A stretch of DNA of 64,000 bases from Candidatus Doudnabacteria bacterium (lineage in GTDB: Bacteria; Patescibacteriota; JAQUNI01), in the NCBI GenBank assembly GCA_041644975.1, contig JBAZQX010000001.1:39274-103273 (forward strand). Reading direction: 5' to 3'. Of the stretch, positions 34,915-44,346 are shown one piece after another. How positions within the stretch are numbered: position 1 is the stretch's first letter; each line of letters opens with the position of its first letter. The notes beneath the pieces are model-generated. The model saw nothing but the letters and a program-made list of their open reading frames with translations. It had not been told where the DNA came from and searched no databases. Both the position numbers and the translations under genes were made by a program.

Positions 34915-36855
34915 TTATAATTCACCGTAGGTAGTAAAGGAGTGCAATTTTTTTGCAATCCCTAAAGAGATTCGGGATATAAAATAAGCGCTAAAGATGG
35001 TAAATAAAGGTATTAAGGGATAGCGGAAACGAGCGTCACCAAAACCTAAAATGATGATGGTGGCGAGGTATAGTAAAATTAAATTTAGGGAAAAGATGGC
35101 AAAAAGATTGTTTTTTGCAAAGAGATTAAAGACAAGACCTAAACTGCCAGTGACAAGGACAAAAAGATAGAGCTTTTGGGCGAGGTAAATAATATAACGG
35201 AAGTATTCTTCAGAGAGTTTGCCTAGATCAGAACGTGTCGGAATATCTACGCTTGGCTTAAAAAGAATCTCTATTTTTTTAATCCCTACTTCAATAAATT
35301 GTTGAGGGTGATTGAAGATATGTTTTATGCCGAGTTTTAAATAAATTTTGTCTGACAAAGCTTCTGCTTGGGGAGAGGTAGGATAACGTAACTCTTTTGT
35401 AATTCCCGCCTCTTGAAGATATTCTTCCGTAGGCCAGTTCCCGATTCCCTGTGACCAAGGGTTATTGCCTAATATTACATTAATCCCTGAAGTGGACACT
35501 AAAACTATTTGGCCGCTCACCAAATAATTGCGTATGGTCCAGGGGGCAATAAGGAGAAGACCAAATAAAGAAACAAAAAAGGTAATCTTTAAACTCCTTA
35601 CAAGATGTTTTTGGTAAAAGAGATAGCTAAAAAATATCACCAAGGGCAGAAAGAAAAAAGCCGGCCTAATCAGAGTGGCTATCCCCCAGAAGAAACCAGC
35701 GGGAATGATGTAGCGCCAATATATTTTTCCGCTTCGCCAGAAACCATGGGTTGCGGCGGGTTTTTTAATTTGATACAGTAAAAATAGAATAAAGAATAAA
35801 AGGAAAAAAACAAAAAGCACCTCGGTCAATAGTGTGGAGATATAAAAGATATTTTCTAAATAAATAGCGTAAATAAGAGAGCCAGCCAAGGCTACTTTTT
35901 GTTTAAAGTACTGCTTGGCAATCAAGTAGACAAGCAAAACATTGATAGCCCCCACAATAATTTGAAGAACGCGGACAAGCTGGTAATTGTCGCGCGAGAA
36001 CATAAAGACTGACGCCAAGAAAAGAGGGTAACCTACAGGGCGGTACATTGAGTGGATTACGCCATAACCACTGTAAGTATGATCGTATGCTATACTGCGC
36101 GCATAATTAACATAAGAAGCAGCATCACTAATTGGTTTCATGGGCAGGATAAAGACCCAGAGGGTATTGATAGTGAGAGCTATACCTAGGATTATACACA
36201 AGTATCCTCGCATTTGCTTTTGAGGAACAAGGTAGATCGTAACTAGAATGAAAATGAAAAGGAGAGGGAGGAAGAGCTTTAATAAGCGGCTAAGCAGTAT
36301 AGATATTGTTCCCCACGGCGAGGTAGCTTCGTAAATATATATTTCGTTGATTTGTTGTAATTTGTCGCTGCTTTCTGTTTTCTGGATCCACAAGCGTATT
36401 TTGTCAGTCTGAATGGGATGGAGAGCAAAAAGGTGTACTTTGTAGTCACTTTTATTATTTTTGACCTCCAGATTATTTTTCCACTGATCGCCGTCCGCTG
36501 CCTGAATTTTATAATTTTGAGCCACGCGCGTTTTAGTAAAAGAAAGGTCTATCTTACTGATTTTGTGAGCCACGGGCCAGTTAATTTCGATCAGGTTGGG
36601 TTCATCGGGCGTCACCTTGCCATACCACCAAGTTTCAGGTGAGCCGTCAATCACACTTTTCACCGCTCCTCCTGTTTCCGGATTATTGCTATCTTGGGTT
36701 TGTTTTGCTCTGATCAGAGAGGATTGTGAAACAATATTTTGAATATCGGGAGTTCCTTTGAAAGTGAGGGTTAAAGTCAGTAAAATGATAACTACTAATG
36801 AAATAAGGAGAATATTCCAGATTTTTTTAAAATTTAAGTTCATGATTCTTTTCAA
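34915..36855 (-). CDS. GT-C family glycosyltransferase (PMT/ArnT-like, PMT_2) with an N-terminal extracytoplasmic discoidin (F5/8 type C) domain
   Basis: It has an N-terminal TM. SVIDGSPETWWYG...NLIEINW is an F5/8-C signature. DAASYVNYARSIAYDHTYSGYG...RPVGYPLFLA is a GT39/GT83-like first loop. It has ~11 TM helices. Confidence 0.55.
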   Translation of the reverse strand: MKRIMNLNFKKIWNILLISLVVIILLTLTLTFKGTPDIQNIVSQSSLIRAKQTQDSNNPETGGAVKSVIDGSPETWWYGKVTPDEPNLIEINWPVAHKISKIDLSFTKTRVAQNYKIQAADGDQWKNNLEVKNNKSDYKVHLFALHPIQTDKIRLWIQKTESSDKLQQINEIYIYEATSPWGTISILLSRLLKLFLPLLFIFILVTIYLVPQKQMRGYLCIILGIALTINTLWVFILPMKPISDAASYVNYARSIAYDHTYSGYGVIHSMYRPVGYPLFLASVFMFSRDNYQLVRVLQIIVGAINVLLVYLIAKQYFKQKVALAGSLIYAIYLENIFYISTLLTEVLFVFFLLFFILFLLYQIKKPAATHGFWRSGKIYWRYIIPAGFFWGIATLIRPAFFFLPLVIFFSYLFYQKHLVRSLKITFFVSLFGLLLIAPWTIRNYLVSGQIVLVSTSGINVILGNNPWSQGIGNWPTEEYLQEAGITKELRYPTSPQAEALSDKIYLKLGIKHIFNHPQQFIEVGIKKIEILFKPSVDIPTRSDLGKLSEEYFRYIIYLAQKLYLFVLVTGSLGLVFNLFAKNNLFAIFSLNLILLYLATIIILGFGDARFRYPLIPLFTIFSAYFISRISLGIAKKLHSFTTYGEL

Positions 36856-36948
36856 ACCTTGGATTAAGAAACGGCATTAAAATACTGTTTTTAGGAAAAA
36901 AATATTTTTTTCTTTATAGCAGATTAGCAAAATAAGACATGTAAAAAA

Positions 36949-37902
36949 TTAAAAGTAGAGTTTTTTCCGACGCATTAGACCGCCACTTTGCAAGAGCAAA
37001 ATAGTGTTGCCTAAGAGAACACCGAACCAAAAGGTACATAGACGGATGATCAGAATAGAACAGCCGGCTTGCGCTTTATTAATTCCGATGGAGGAAAGCA
37101 GGAATAACATAGTTCCTTCCATGGTACCTATTCCTCCAGGGAGAAAAGTAAGTGCTCCGATAATAGTAGAGAGAGAATAAATAAATGTACTCTCTAGGAG
37201 GCTTATGGGGGCCCTTAAACCCTGAAAGATCAAATAGAAGGCACAACTTTCTAAGAACCAGGCGATGACACTGCTACCCAATGCCAAAGAGGTTGATTTT
37301 GGGTTTAGTAATTGATAGGTGCTGAAGTATATTTTTTTGAGTTTTATAGCAATACCAGCTGTAATTTTCTTTTTTGCGAAGAAGCCAATAACACGAAGCA
37401 TTAATTTCCGCCAGCGGATCAAGATCAGGCAAAGGGTGAGAAATAAAAAAAGAAAGAAAGGAAGGACTAAACTGTAATGAAAGGCTAGGGATCCGATGAA
37501 GACGAGGATTACCATTGCTAGTAGGTCGGTTAAACGTTCCACAATGACTATAGGAGCAGACAGACTTATTGGTACCTCATTTTTTTTCTTTAAGAAATAA
37601 GATTTACTGAAATCTCCTAATTTTGCGGGGATAATACCGAGCCCGAAAGAAGCCAGAAAGATGATCAAGCTATCTTTTAAATTAACCTTGATTTTGATAA
37701 CGTGGCAATAATAATGCCAACGTCCAAAGCGGATCAAAGTTCCTGCAGTTATGGCACTTAAAATAAGGAATAAATAGGGCCAAGAGAAATTGTGTAGGGC
37801 TTCTAAAATTTGTTCAAGACCAGCATAAATCATCAAGATCAGATAAATCAAAATTGAGAAGGCTATTACAAACAAAATATTTCTACTGATATTTTTTTTC
37901 AC
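36949..37902 (-). CDS. flippase-like domain membrane protein (UPF0104 / lysylphosphatidylglycerol-synthase TM-region family)
   Basis: The 317-aa protein has 8 TM helices, an N-terminal MKKNISRNILFV... start and a C-terminal basic tail. The family assignment is by pattern only. Confidence 0.45.
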   Translation of the reverse strand: MKKNISRNILFVIAFSILIYLILMIYAGLEQILEALHNFSWPYLFLILSAITAGTLIRFGRWHYYCHVIKIKVNLKDSLIIFLASFGLGIIPAKLGDFSKSYFLKKKNEVPISLSAPIVIVERLTDLLAMVILVFIGSLAFHYSLVLPFFLFLFLTLCLILIRWRKLMLRVIGFFAKKKITAGIAIKLKKIYFSTYQLLNPKSTSLALGSSVIAWFLESCAFYLIFQGLRAPISLLESTFIYSLSTIIGALTFLPGGIGTMEGTMLFLLSSIGINKAQAGCSILIIRLCTFWFGVLLGNTILLLQSGGLMRRKKLYF

Positions 37903-37907
37903 TATTT

Positions 37908-39017
37908 TTATTTATTGATAATTTCAAAGGTTTCGGACCAGATTTCTAAACCTTCCCTGAATTTTTGTAAAAATGTGATCTCTTCGGGACCGAATAACTT
38001 ATCATTACTGAACTCTTGATTAAGATCTCTGACAATTTCTTTGAAGCAACCATGATAGTCTTGTTGGGTGAGTCTAATTTTGCGTAAAATATCCGTAAAG
38101 CGATCCGTAAGTTTGCTTCCCTCTCGTTCTTTATCTAAGTCTTTCCAAATATCATGAGGATTCCTTATTTGACGTACCAGAGGATAACCACAGGTAACAA
38201 AATGTCCTAGATGATCAGCAACTTTTTTCACAATATAGCTTGCCCAGATATCGTCATATCTTCCTATATAAGGACTTAAGAAATAAGCAGGTAATACTTC
38301 GCGGGAGAGTGCTGTATTTTGGGAGTTAAATGGAGACCAAGTTCCTTTGCCCAAAGCAGCCGTAGGCGCGTATTCTGCTTTCATCCATGTGGCTCGTACG
38401 GGATAATTTAGGCGGCTTACTGCATCCACATCAGGATCGTCTAGCCATAAACCAGCATTTACTACTACCTTACCTTTAATTTTTTCCTTAATGAAGTTAG
38501 ATTCCCCTGCCCTACCTTTTTGAGATGAGGGATAACCGCGATGATAGAAACAATTATTGTTAGCTTCTTGAAGGAACTCACAAATGTTGAGCCAGCCTGT
38601 TTTTGAACTATAAGATATGAGTTCTCTTTCCATTCCTATAATACTATGGCTACCCACAAAATCTTGTTCAGAGATTACAAGGTTATCATCATCAATGGTA
38701 ATAATAATATCTGCCCCGCGTTCATAGGCAAAGAGCAGACCTATATTACGTCTTTGGATAGAGTTAAAAGGTAAGTGCTCCCAGAGTTTAGGAAAGCGCT
38801 CAAGATAATTAAATTGGATATCAATGTCTTGATAATAGACGGGATAGTTAAATTTGGTTTGTAGCATAGAACAAAATTTGTGGGTATCCGGTGGACTTTT
38901 TTTATCGCCAATAACTACAAAGAATAGATCTTGATGTCCGTAGTCTTGAGCGTTTTTTGCATAGTCTTTGAGTAAGGTGGGAATATTGATGGTTGTGGTA
39001 ATAATTGCAGTTTTCAT
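37908..39017 (-). CDS. putative GT-A nucleotide-diphospho-sugar transferase, RGP/GT75-like
   Basis: It has the N-terminal IITTTINIP and IIITIDDDN (a DDD motif as in reversibly glycosylated polypeptides). The call is weak. Confidence 0.3.
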   Translation of the reverse strand: MKTAIITTTINIPTLLKDYAKNAQDYGHQDLFFVVIGDKKSPPDTHKFCSMLQTKFNYPVYYQDIDIQFNYLERFPKLWEHLPFNSIQRRNIGLLFAYERGADIIITIDDDNLVISEQDFVGSHSIIGMERELISYSSKTGWLNICEFLQEANNNCFYHRGYPSSQKGRAGESNFIKEKIKGKVVVNAGLWLDDPDVDAVSRLNYPVRATWMKAEYAPTAALGKGTWSPFNSQNTALSREVLPAYFLSPYIGRYDDIWASYIVKKVADHLGHFVTCGYPLVRQIRNPHDIWKDLDKEREGSKLTDRFTDILRKIRLTQQDYHGCFKEIVRDLNQEFSNDKLFGPEEITFLQKFREGLEIWSETFEIINK

Positions 39018-39065
39018 AATGGTATGAATTTATTGATAGGTCGTTGTTGATCTTATGTCTGTTTA

Positions 39066-39170
39066 TGTCCGCTTGAGGCGGATGACACAGGATTTCGCTT
39101 TTCTTAAAAAATCCCTCTTGGAGCCGATGCTTATGAACCGTAAGTCTATGGAGGGTTTCACTTCATAGAG
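39066..39170. repeat. conserved intergenic two-hairpin motif, copy 1 (tccgcttgaggcgga; ggatttcgcttttcttaaaaaatccc; gatgcttatgaaccgtaagtctatggagggtttcac)
   Basis: Related copies are at 51757-51830, 55746-55815 and a partial copy at 3262-3310. The first stem shows compensatory changes between copies (ggattt/aaatcc versus gggtttc/gaaaccc). Confidence 0.6.
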
Positions 39171-39268
39171 CACAATCTTTTTAAAAAAGGATACTTGGAG
39201 GAGTTGCTTTAAAAGAACCCTTTTCAAAATTTTTAGAGGGGAGAATTTGCAAAAATAGAAGCCTCGTT

Positions 39269-40372
39269 TTAACTTAAGTCCCTACCTAATTTTTTTTGAG
39301 CCATCATTAGAACCCGAGTTAAACCTTCTTGGAGAGAAATTTTGGGAACCCAATTTAATTTTTTTCGCATATAATTTATATCCGCATAACGCGAATATAC
39401 TCCAGTGGGTTTATCCACTAGGGGTTTAATTTGGGGTTTATAACCTGCGATTTCAGCATACATCTGTGCCACCTCTTTAAAGGTGGTAATTTTGCCCGAT
39501 CCTATATTAATACCACTACCATCTGTTATCTTTTGAATAGCTAAGAGCATAGCATCAATACAATCTTCAATATGGACAAAATCACGACCCTGGTCGCCTG
39601 ATCCCCAAATTACTACTGGATCGTCGCGCCGGGCTACCCTTTCAGCAATAGCGGGAATGGGATAAGTTAAATCTTGATCTTCTCCATAACCGGAAAAGGG
39701 GCGCACGCATGCTACCTTCAGGCCGTATTTTTCTACCGCAATTTGACTTAAGTATTCCCCTGTTAATTTACTCCAACCATAGGTCATATCTGGTTGGCCA
39801 AGGTTTATATTGAATTGGATATATTTTTCTTTTAGGGCTAGAGCGCGCTTTTTTGCTTGGAGATTGATAGGATAGGCTGCACTGGAGCTAGCATAAAGAA
39901 CGCGATCAATTTTTTGTTTATTTTGTGTAGCCCATAAGAAGAAAGAAGCGTCAATTGCTAAATCAATGGCTACAGCCATAGGATTGCCTTCGATTTTTGC
40001 TCGACCGCCGACGACCGAGGCAAGGTGAAAGACATTACTAAAATTAGGTAGATGATGTGCACGCGTAAAATTGCCCAAGCCCAGTTGTTGACTGAAGAAT
40101 CTTATGGCATCATCTTTAACAAAAGTAATTTTTTGTTTTTTGTTTTGATAAATATAAACATTAGCTTGATGTTTGATGAGGCGGAACTTCTCGGGAAGCC
40201 ATTTGGTGGGGTGCAGACCAGTACTTAAGTCATCAATAATCCAGATTGATTTACCTTGTTTAATTAAACGGTTCACTAAATGGCGTCCGACAAAGCCGCA
40301 ACCACCAGTGACTAGATGAGATTTTGTTTGGGATTGAGCCATAAATTTTGTTAGTTTAATTGTAAAAATCAC
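39269..40372 (-). CDS. NAD-dependent sugar-nucleotide epimerase/dehydratase (SDR)
   Basis: It has VTGGCGFVGRHLVNRL (Rossmann) and YGWSKLTGEY (YxxxK). Confidence 0.65.
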   Translation of the reverse strand: MIFTIKLTKFMAQSQTKSHLVTGGCGFVGRHLVNRLIKQGKSIWIIDDLSTGLHPTKWLPEKFRLIKHQANVYIYQNKKQKITFVKDDAIRFFSQQLGLGNFTRAHHLPNFSNVFHLASVVGGRAKIEGNPMAVAIDLAIDASFFLWATQNKQKIDRVLYASSSAAYPINLQAKKRALALKEKYIQFNINLGQPDMTYGWSKLTGEYLSQIAVEKYGLKVACVRPFSGYGEDQDLTYPIPAIAERVARRDDPVVIWGSGDQGRDFVHIEDCIDAMLLAIQKITDGSGINIGSGKITTFKEVAQMYAEIAGYKPQIKPLVDKPTGVYSRYADINYMRKKLNWVPKISLQEGLTRVLMMAQKKLGRDLS

Positions 40373-40509
40373 AAGTGTTATTTTGATTTTCTTATTAAGG
40401 GAATTGAGAAAAAATCCTCATTATTTTGTGCGTTAATATCAAGCTCAATGGTTTTTTCTAAGAGAAGAGTCACTTTTTGGCTGTAAATAACGCGAGGATT
40501 GCTCACAGT

Positions 40510-41247
40510 TTAATTATTATTTTTTAAAATTTGTTTGCGTTTATATCCCCACACCCGGAAAGCAATAGGGAAGTATTGAAAATTGCGCCAAAAAGAATTA
40601 GAGGATTGACCTTCAGCTCTTGACTGCCAGCGCGAGGGGACCTCTTTGATCCGGCAACCTAGCTTGATGGGTTTGAGCAATGTTTCCAGGAGAAAGGGAT
40701 GTTTTAATTCTTCCCATCGGATGTTTTGGATAAGAGAGGTTTTAAAAAGACGGAAACCATAAGTCATGTCAGTAAAATTTACACCATAGAGCAGGGAAAA
40801 GAACTTTTGAAAAATCCAGTTGGCTATGTATTTAGCCGGGTTGTACCCTTTGAAACCTCCACCTTGGATCCAGCGTGATGCCGTGACTATATCCCAATTT
40901 CCCTTTTTGATCTCCTTGATCATTATAGGAACAGTATCTGGATTTGTTTCCAAGTCACTCGCCATCATCAGGGCATAGTCACCACGTACTATTTGAAAGG
41001 CATCGCGCATCGCTCCTCCTAGGTAGGGCAGCTTCTGTTTATGTATTTTGATTAGTTGGGGAAATTTACTTTTGATCTTTTGGCAAAGGTCTACACTTTC
41101 AGGAATACTCTTGGGCGAGATCATAATGATGATTTCGTAAATGTCTTGAGAATTTGTTTTGAATAATCGCCTTAAGGTTTCTATGAGCGACTTGCGTTCA
41201 TTCATTACCGGTAGGATTATAGAAACTTTAGTTTTCATTTTTTTCAT
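40510..41247 (-). CDS. GT2 polyprenyl-phosphate glycosyltransferase (DPM1-like, soluble type)
   Basis: It has VSIILPVMNERKSL and MASDLE (DxD-type). It is 245 aa without TM helices. Confidence 0.7.
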   Translation of the reverse strand: MKKMKTKVSIILPVMNERKSLIETLRRLFKTNSQDIYEIIIMISPKSIPESVDLCQKIKSKFPQLIKIHKQKLPYLGGAMRDAFQIVRGDYALMMASDLETNPDTVPIMIKEIKKGNWDIVTASRWIQGGGFKGYNPAKYIANWIFQKFFSLLYGVNFTDMTYGFRLFKTSLIQNIRWEELKHPFLLETLLKPIKLGCRIKEVPSRWQSRAEGQSSNSFWRNFQYFPIAFRVWGYKRKQILKNNN

Positions 41248-41411
41248 TTATTTTAGTCATTTTGTAATTTAATCATATTAATGTAAAATATAATTTTATT
41301 TTAATTATGTCAAGGTTTTTATTTTGCCAACGAAAGGGACATTTTATTTTAACCAATTTAACCAAAACATTCTTTTACTCAAGATTCAATCTTTATAAGT
41401 AGTTATAATGT

Positions 41412-43178
41412 CTAAAAATTTATTTTAAGGTTTGCTTTCGGAGTTAATTTTTTCCACTCGCGGAAGGTTAGAAATGTAATAATCAAAAATATGAGGAAGA
41501 ATAAAAATAAACCGCTCCCTATTTGCAAGGCTAAGTGTTTGGAAATAGCTTTTTGGATATATTCGCTAGCAGCATATTTACCAGTAAAAGTAAGGGTATT
41601 GGTTAAAAAATAAAGAGTGAGAATAATTCCAGATAAAACCTTGCACTGGGAAAGCAAGAAATCAAGGGCTAAAAATAAGATCATCAAAGCAGTAAAGTAC
41701 AGATACGCCAGAGGCCCGTGGTAATGATAATAGCCAATCAAGCAAAGGTAAAAGATGAGAGGAAAGATTAAAAAAGCAATAGTGTATTTTTTGTATTTTT
41801 GCCAAGAGGATATAGCGCCATAAATAGTAAATGGAAATAAGAAAACACCTACTGCTCCCCAGAGACAGAATTCAGAAATTAGTTCCATAATTTTCCCTAA
41901 ATTATAGCCGGGAGGTAACATACGCAATTGTGCCAAGGGATTGGGGACAAAGAAAGTCATAAAATTGTAAAATTTATTGGCAATAATTGTTTGTGGAGAT
42001 GTGTGGGTTAAGCTTGAAAATATATTGCGAGGATCTGTCACAAGTTGATCGCTGTTTTGAGCTACAGGATATAAATATATTGAAAGAGCATTATTTTTCA
42101 ATCCTTCATGGAGAAGTATCCAATAGAACCAAGGGAGGAAGAAGATAACGGAAATCAGTAATAAATACTTCAAAGAGAGGAGTATCTTTTTTAGTTCTCT
42201 TGTTTTCAAATAAACAAAAAGATAAATTGCCAAAATGCCAATGATTGAGCAGGTGTGGGTAAAAAGAGATAAAGTAGCGATTGTGCCGATCAAGAAATAG
42301 TCAGCAGCCTTTTTGTTATCCTTTAAGAAAAGATAAAGTAAAGTAAATAAAAAATAGAGCGTTAAAATTTTCTGTGGCGAATAAATAGTCCAACGCAGCA
42401 TAAAAGGGGCGGATAAGGCGAAGAGGCAGCCAATTTTTGCTGTTTTGGGACTGAAGAGTTTAATGAGCAAAAAATAAGCAGGAATAATATAGGTTATATC
42501 AATGGCGAAGCAAAGCATCTGGTAAATAAAAGGATCGTTGCCAAAGATTTTTAAAAAAGGAATAGAGATGATTGCTAAATAAGGCGTGCGAGTTCCAAGC
42601 TGCCAACCACCGACCAGAAAAGACACAGCTTCCCCAGAATAGAGTTTATGGATTAAGGCTTGGGCCACGCCATACATCATATAATAATCAATCTGACCGC
42701 GATAGTGTTTGATACTATTTAGATAAGATGGAAGACCCGGAAAAAACATCTCGGGAACAATGCTGATTATTACCATCATCGTTCCGATGAGTAAAAAGAT
42801 CAGAGCGAGATAAACCCAAACAGGATGGTCAATTTGTTGGTAAAGCTTAAGGAACCATTTATTTTTTAGAAAGAAGAATAGACTAATAAGGCTCAAAACA
42901 AAATAAAGTATACTCCACAGAACAATTTGACCAGAGATGAGACCCAAAAGTGAAAAGATAAAAACGATTAATGTGCCGCACGCAAAACTTAGAATAACTT
43001 TGTCCTGTTCTTTAAAATTTTTGCAAAGTAGATTTAATATTGTATAGCCTGGTAAAAATATAGCAAGAAGAAAAGCTAAAGCAGGCACAAAATATTTCCA
43101 AGCGCCGCTTAAAATACTGGTTAATAGGATTATTAAGACACAGAGACTTAAAGCTGATTTCTTTAATATTATCTTCAT
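41412..43178 (-). CDS. polytopic membrane protein (GT-C-like glycosyltransferase or polymerase candidate)
   Basis: The 588-aa protein has ~14 TM helices. It lies next to the DPM1-like GT2 and the flippase-like protein. Confidence 0.3.
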   Translation of the reverse strand: MKIILKKSALSLCVLIILLTSILSGAWKYFVPALAFLLAIFLPGYTILNLLCKNFKEQDKVILSFACGTLIVFIFSLLGLISGQIVLWSILYFVLSLISLFFFLKNKWFLKLYQQIDHPVWVYLALIFLLIGTMMVIISIVPEMFFPGLPSYLNSIKHYRGQIDYYMMYGVAQALIHKLYSGEAVSFLVGGWQLGTRTPYLAIISIPFLKIFGNDPFIYQMLCFAIDITYIIPAYFLLIKLFSPKTAKIGCLFALSAPFMLRWTIYSPQKILTLYFLFTLLYLFLKDNKKAADYFLIGTIATLSLFTHTCSIIGILAIYLFVYLKTRELKKILLSLKYLLLISVIFFLPWFYWILLHEGLKNNALSIYLYPVAQNSDQLVTDPRNIFSSLTHTSPQTIIANKFYNFMTFFVPNPLAQLRMLPPGYNLGKIMELISEFCLWGAVGVFLFPFTIYGAISSWQKYKKYTIAFLIFPLIFYLCLIGYYHYHGPLAYLYFTALMILFLALDFLLSQCKVLSGIILTLYFLTNTLTFTGKYAASEYIQKAISKHLALQIGSGLFLFFLIFLIITFLTFREWKKLTPKANLKINF

Positions 43179-43215
43179 TTCAATCTTAGGAGGTGTTATG
43201 ATGTATATTTAAATT

Positions 43216-44301
43216 TCATCTTTTGTTTAATAAAATATCCAGAATTCTTTGTCCCGCGTGTCCATCTCCAAAAGGATTACGCCATTTTTTTTCTTTCCGC
43301 CATGCCATCTTTAAAGCGCAATTCAGAATCTTTTGGGGCTCGGTGCCGCTTAAAATATTTGCCCCTATTTCCAGGGTCTCGGGTCGTTCTGTGTTATCAC
43401 GTAGGGTAACGCAGGGCACTTTTAAGATACAAGCTTCTTCTTGGATGCCGCCGGAATCAGTTAAAATGAGTCTGGCGTTTTTTTCTAACAATAAAAAATT
43501 CAGATATCCTAAAGGCGGGATCAACTTTATTTTAGGTGTGATTTTGAGCCCGAAAAACTTGATCATTTTTTGGGTGCGCGGATGAATAGGGTAAACAATA
43601 GGTAAATGAAACTGATGATAAATTAGCTGCAAACCTTGCAGAATGTTTTTTAATCTTAGTGGTTTATCTGTGTTTTCTTGGCGGTGCACTGTGACGAGAA
43701 TGTATTGGCCTTTTTTTATTTTTAAACTTTTGAGGATTTCAGTTTTCCCTTGTTTGATTTTAAGATTTTGTTTTAGGGCATCAACAATGGTATTGCCTGT
43801 CAGAAAAATTTTTTCTTTGGGGATTCCCTCAGATTTTAGGGTTTTAACAGCATTCCTCGTAGGGGCAAAAAGATAATCCGAGCAATGATCAGCAAGGATG
43901 CGGTTAATTTCTTCCGGCATCTGACGGTAATAGCTGCGCAACCCTGCTTCTATATGGCCAAGTTGGATACCATTGAGTTTTGAGACGGCAAGCGCTGCCG
44001 CAAGGACGGTGTTGGTGTCCCCTTCGGTTAAAATAATACTAGGTTTTTCTTTGAGGAGCACCTTTTCAATTCTAATCAACATTTTTCCAGTCGTTTCGGC
44101 ATGTGTTCCTGATCCCACTTTTAAGTTATATTTTGCTTTGGGTAATTTGAGCTCCTGAAAAAAGACCTCACCTAGGTTCTTTGCGTAATGTTGATTGGTG
44201 TGCAGGAGGAAGAACTTAATTTTACGTTTTTGGCACTCTCTGATTATGGGTGACATTTTAATGATTTCCGGTCTTGTGCCTAAGATGATGCCGATTTTCA
44301 T
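43216..44301 (-). CDS. wecB: UDP-N-acetylglucosamine 2-epimerase
   Basis: KIGIILGTRPEIIKMSPI, DTNTVLAAALAVSKLNGIQLGHIEAGLRSY and the epimerase_2 pattern are present. It could alternatively be the NeuC-type hydrolysing enzyme given neuB/neuA nearby. Confidence 0.8.
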   Translation of the reverse strand: MKIGIILGTRPEIIKMSPIIRECQKRKIKFFLLHTNQHYAKNLGEVFFQELKLPKAKYNLKVGSGTHAETTGKMLIRIEKVLLKEKPSIILTEGDTNTVLAAALAVSKLNGIQLGHIEAGLRSYYRQMPEEINRILADHCSDYLFAPTRNAVKTLKSEGIPKEKIFLTGNTIVDALKQNLKIKQGKTEILKSLKIKKGQYILVTVHRQENTDKPLRLKNILQGLQLIYHQFHLPIVYPIHPRTQKMIKFFGLKITPKIKLIPPLGYLNFLLLEKNARLILTDSGGIQEEACILKVPCVTLRDNTERPETLEIGANILSGTEPQKILNCALKMAWRKEKKWRNPFGDGHAGQRILDILLNKR

Positions 44302-44346
44302 GGAAGATTAATGTTTATATACGCCTTCTATAAGGGAGGAATGAAT

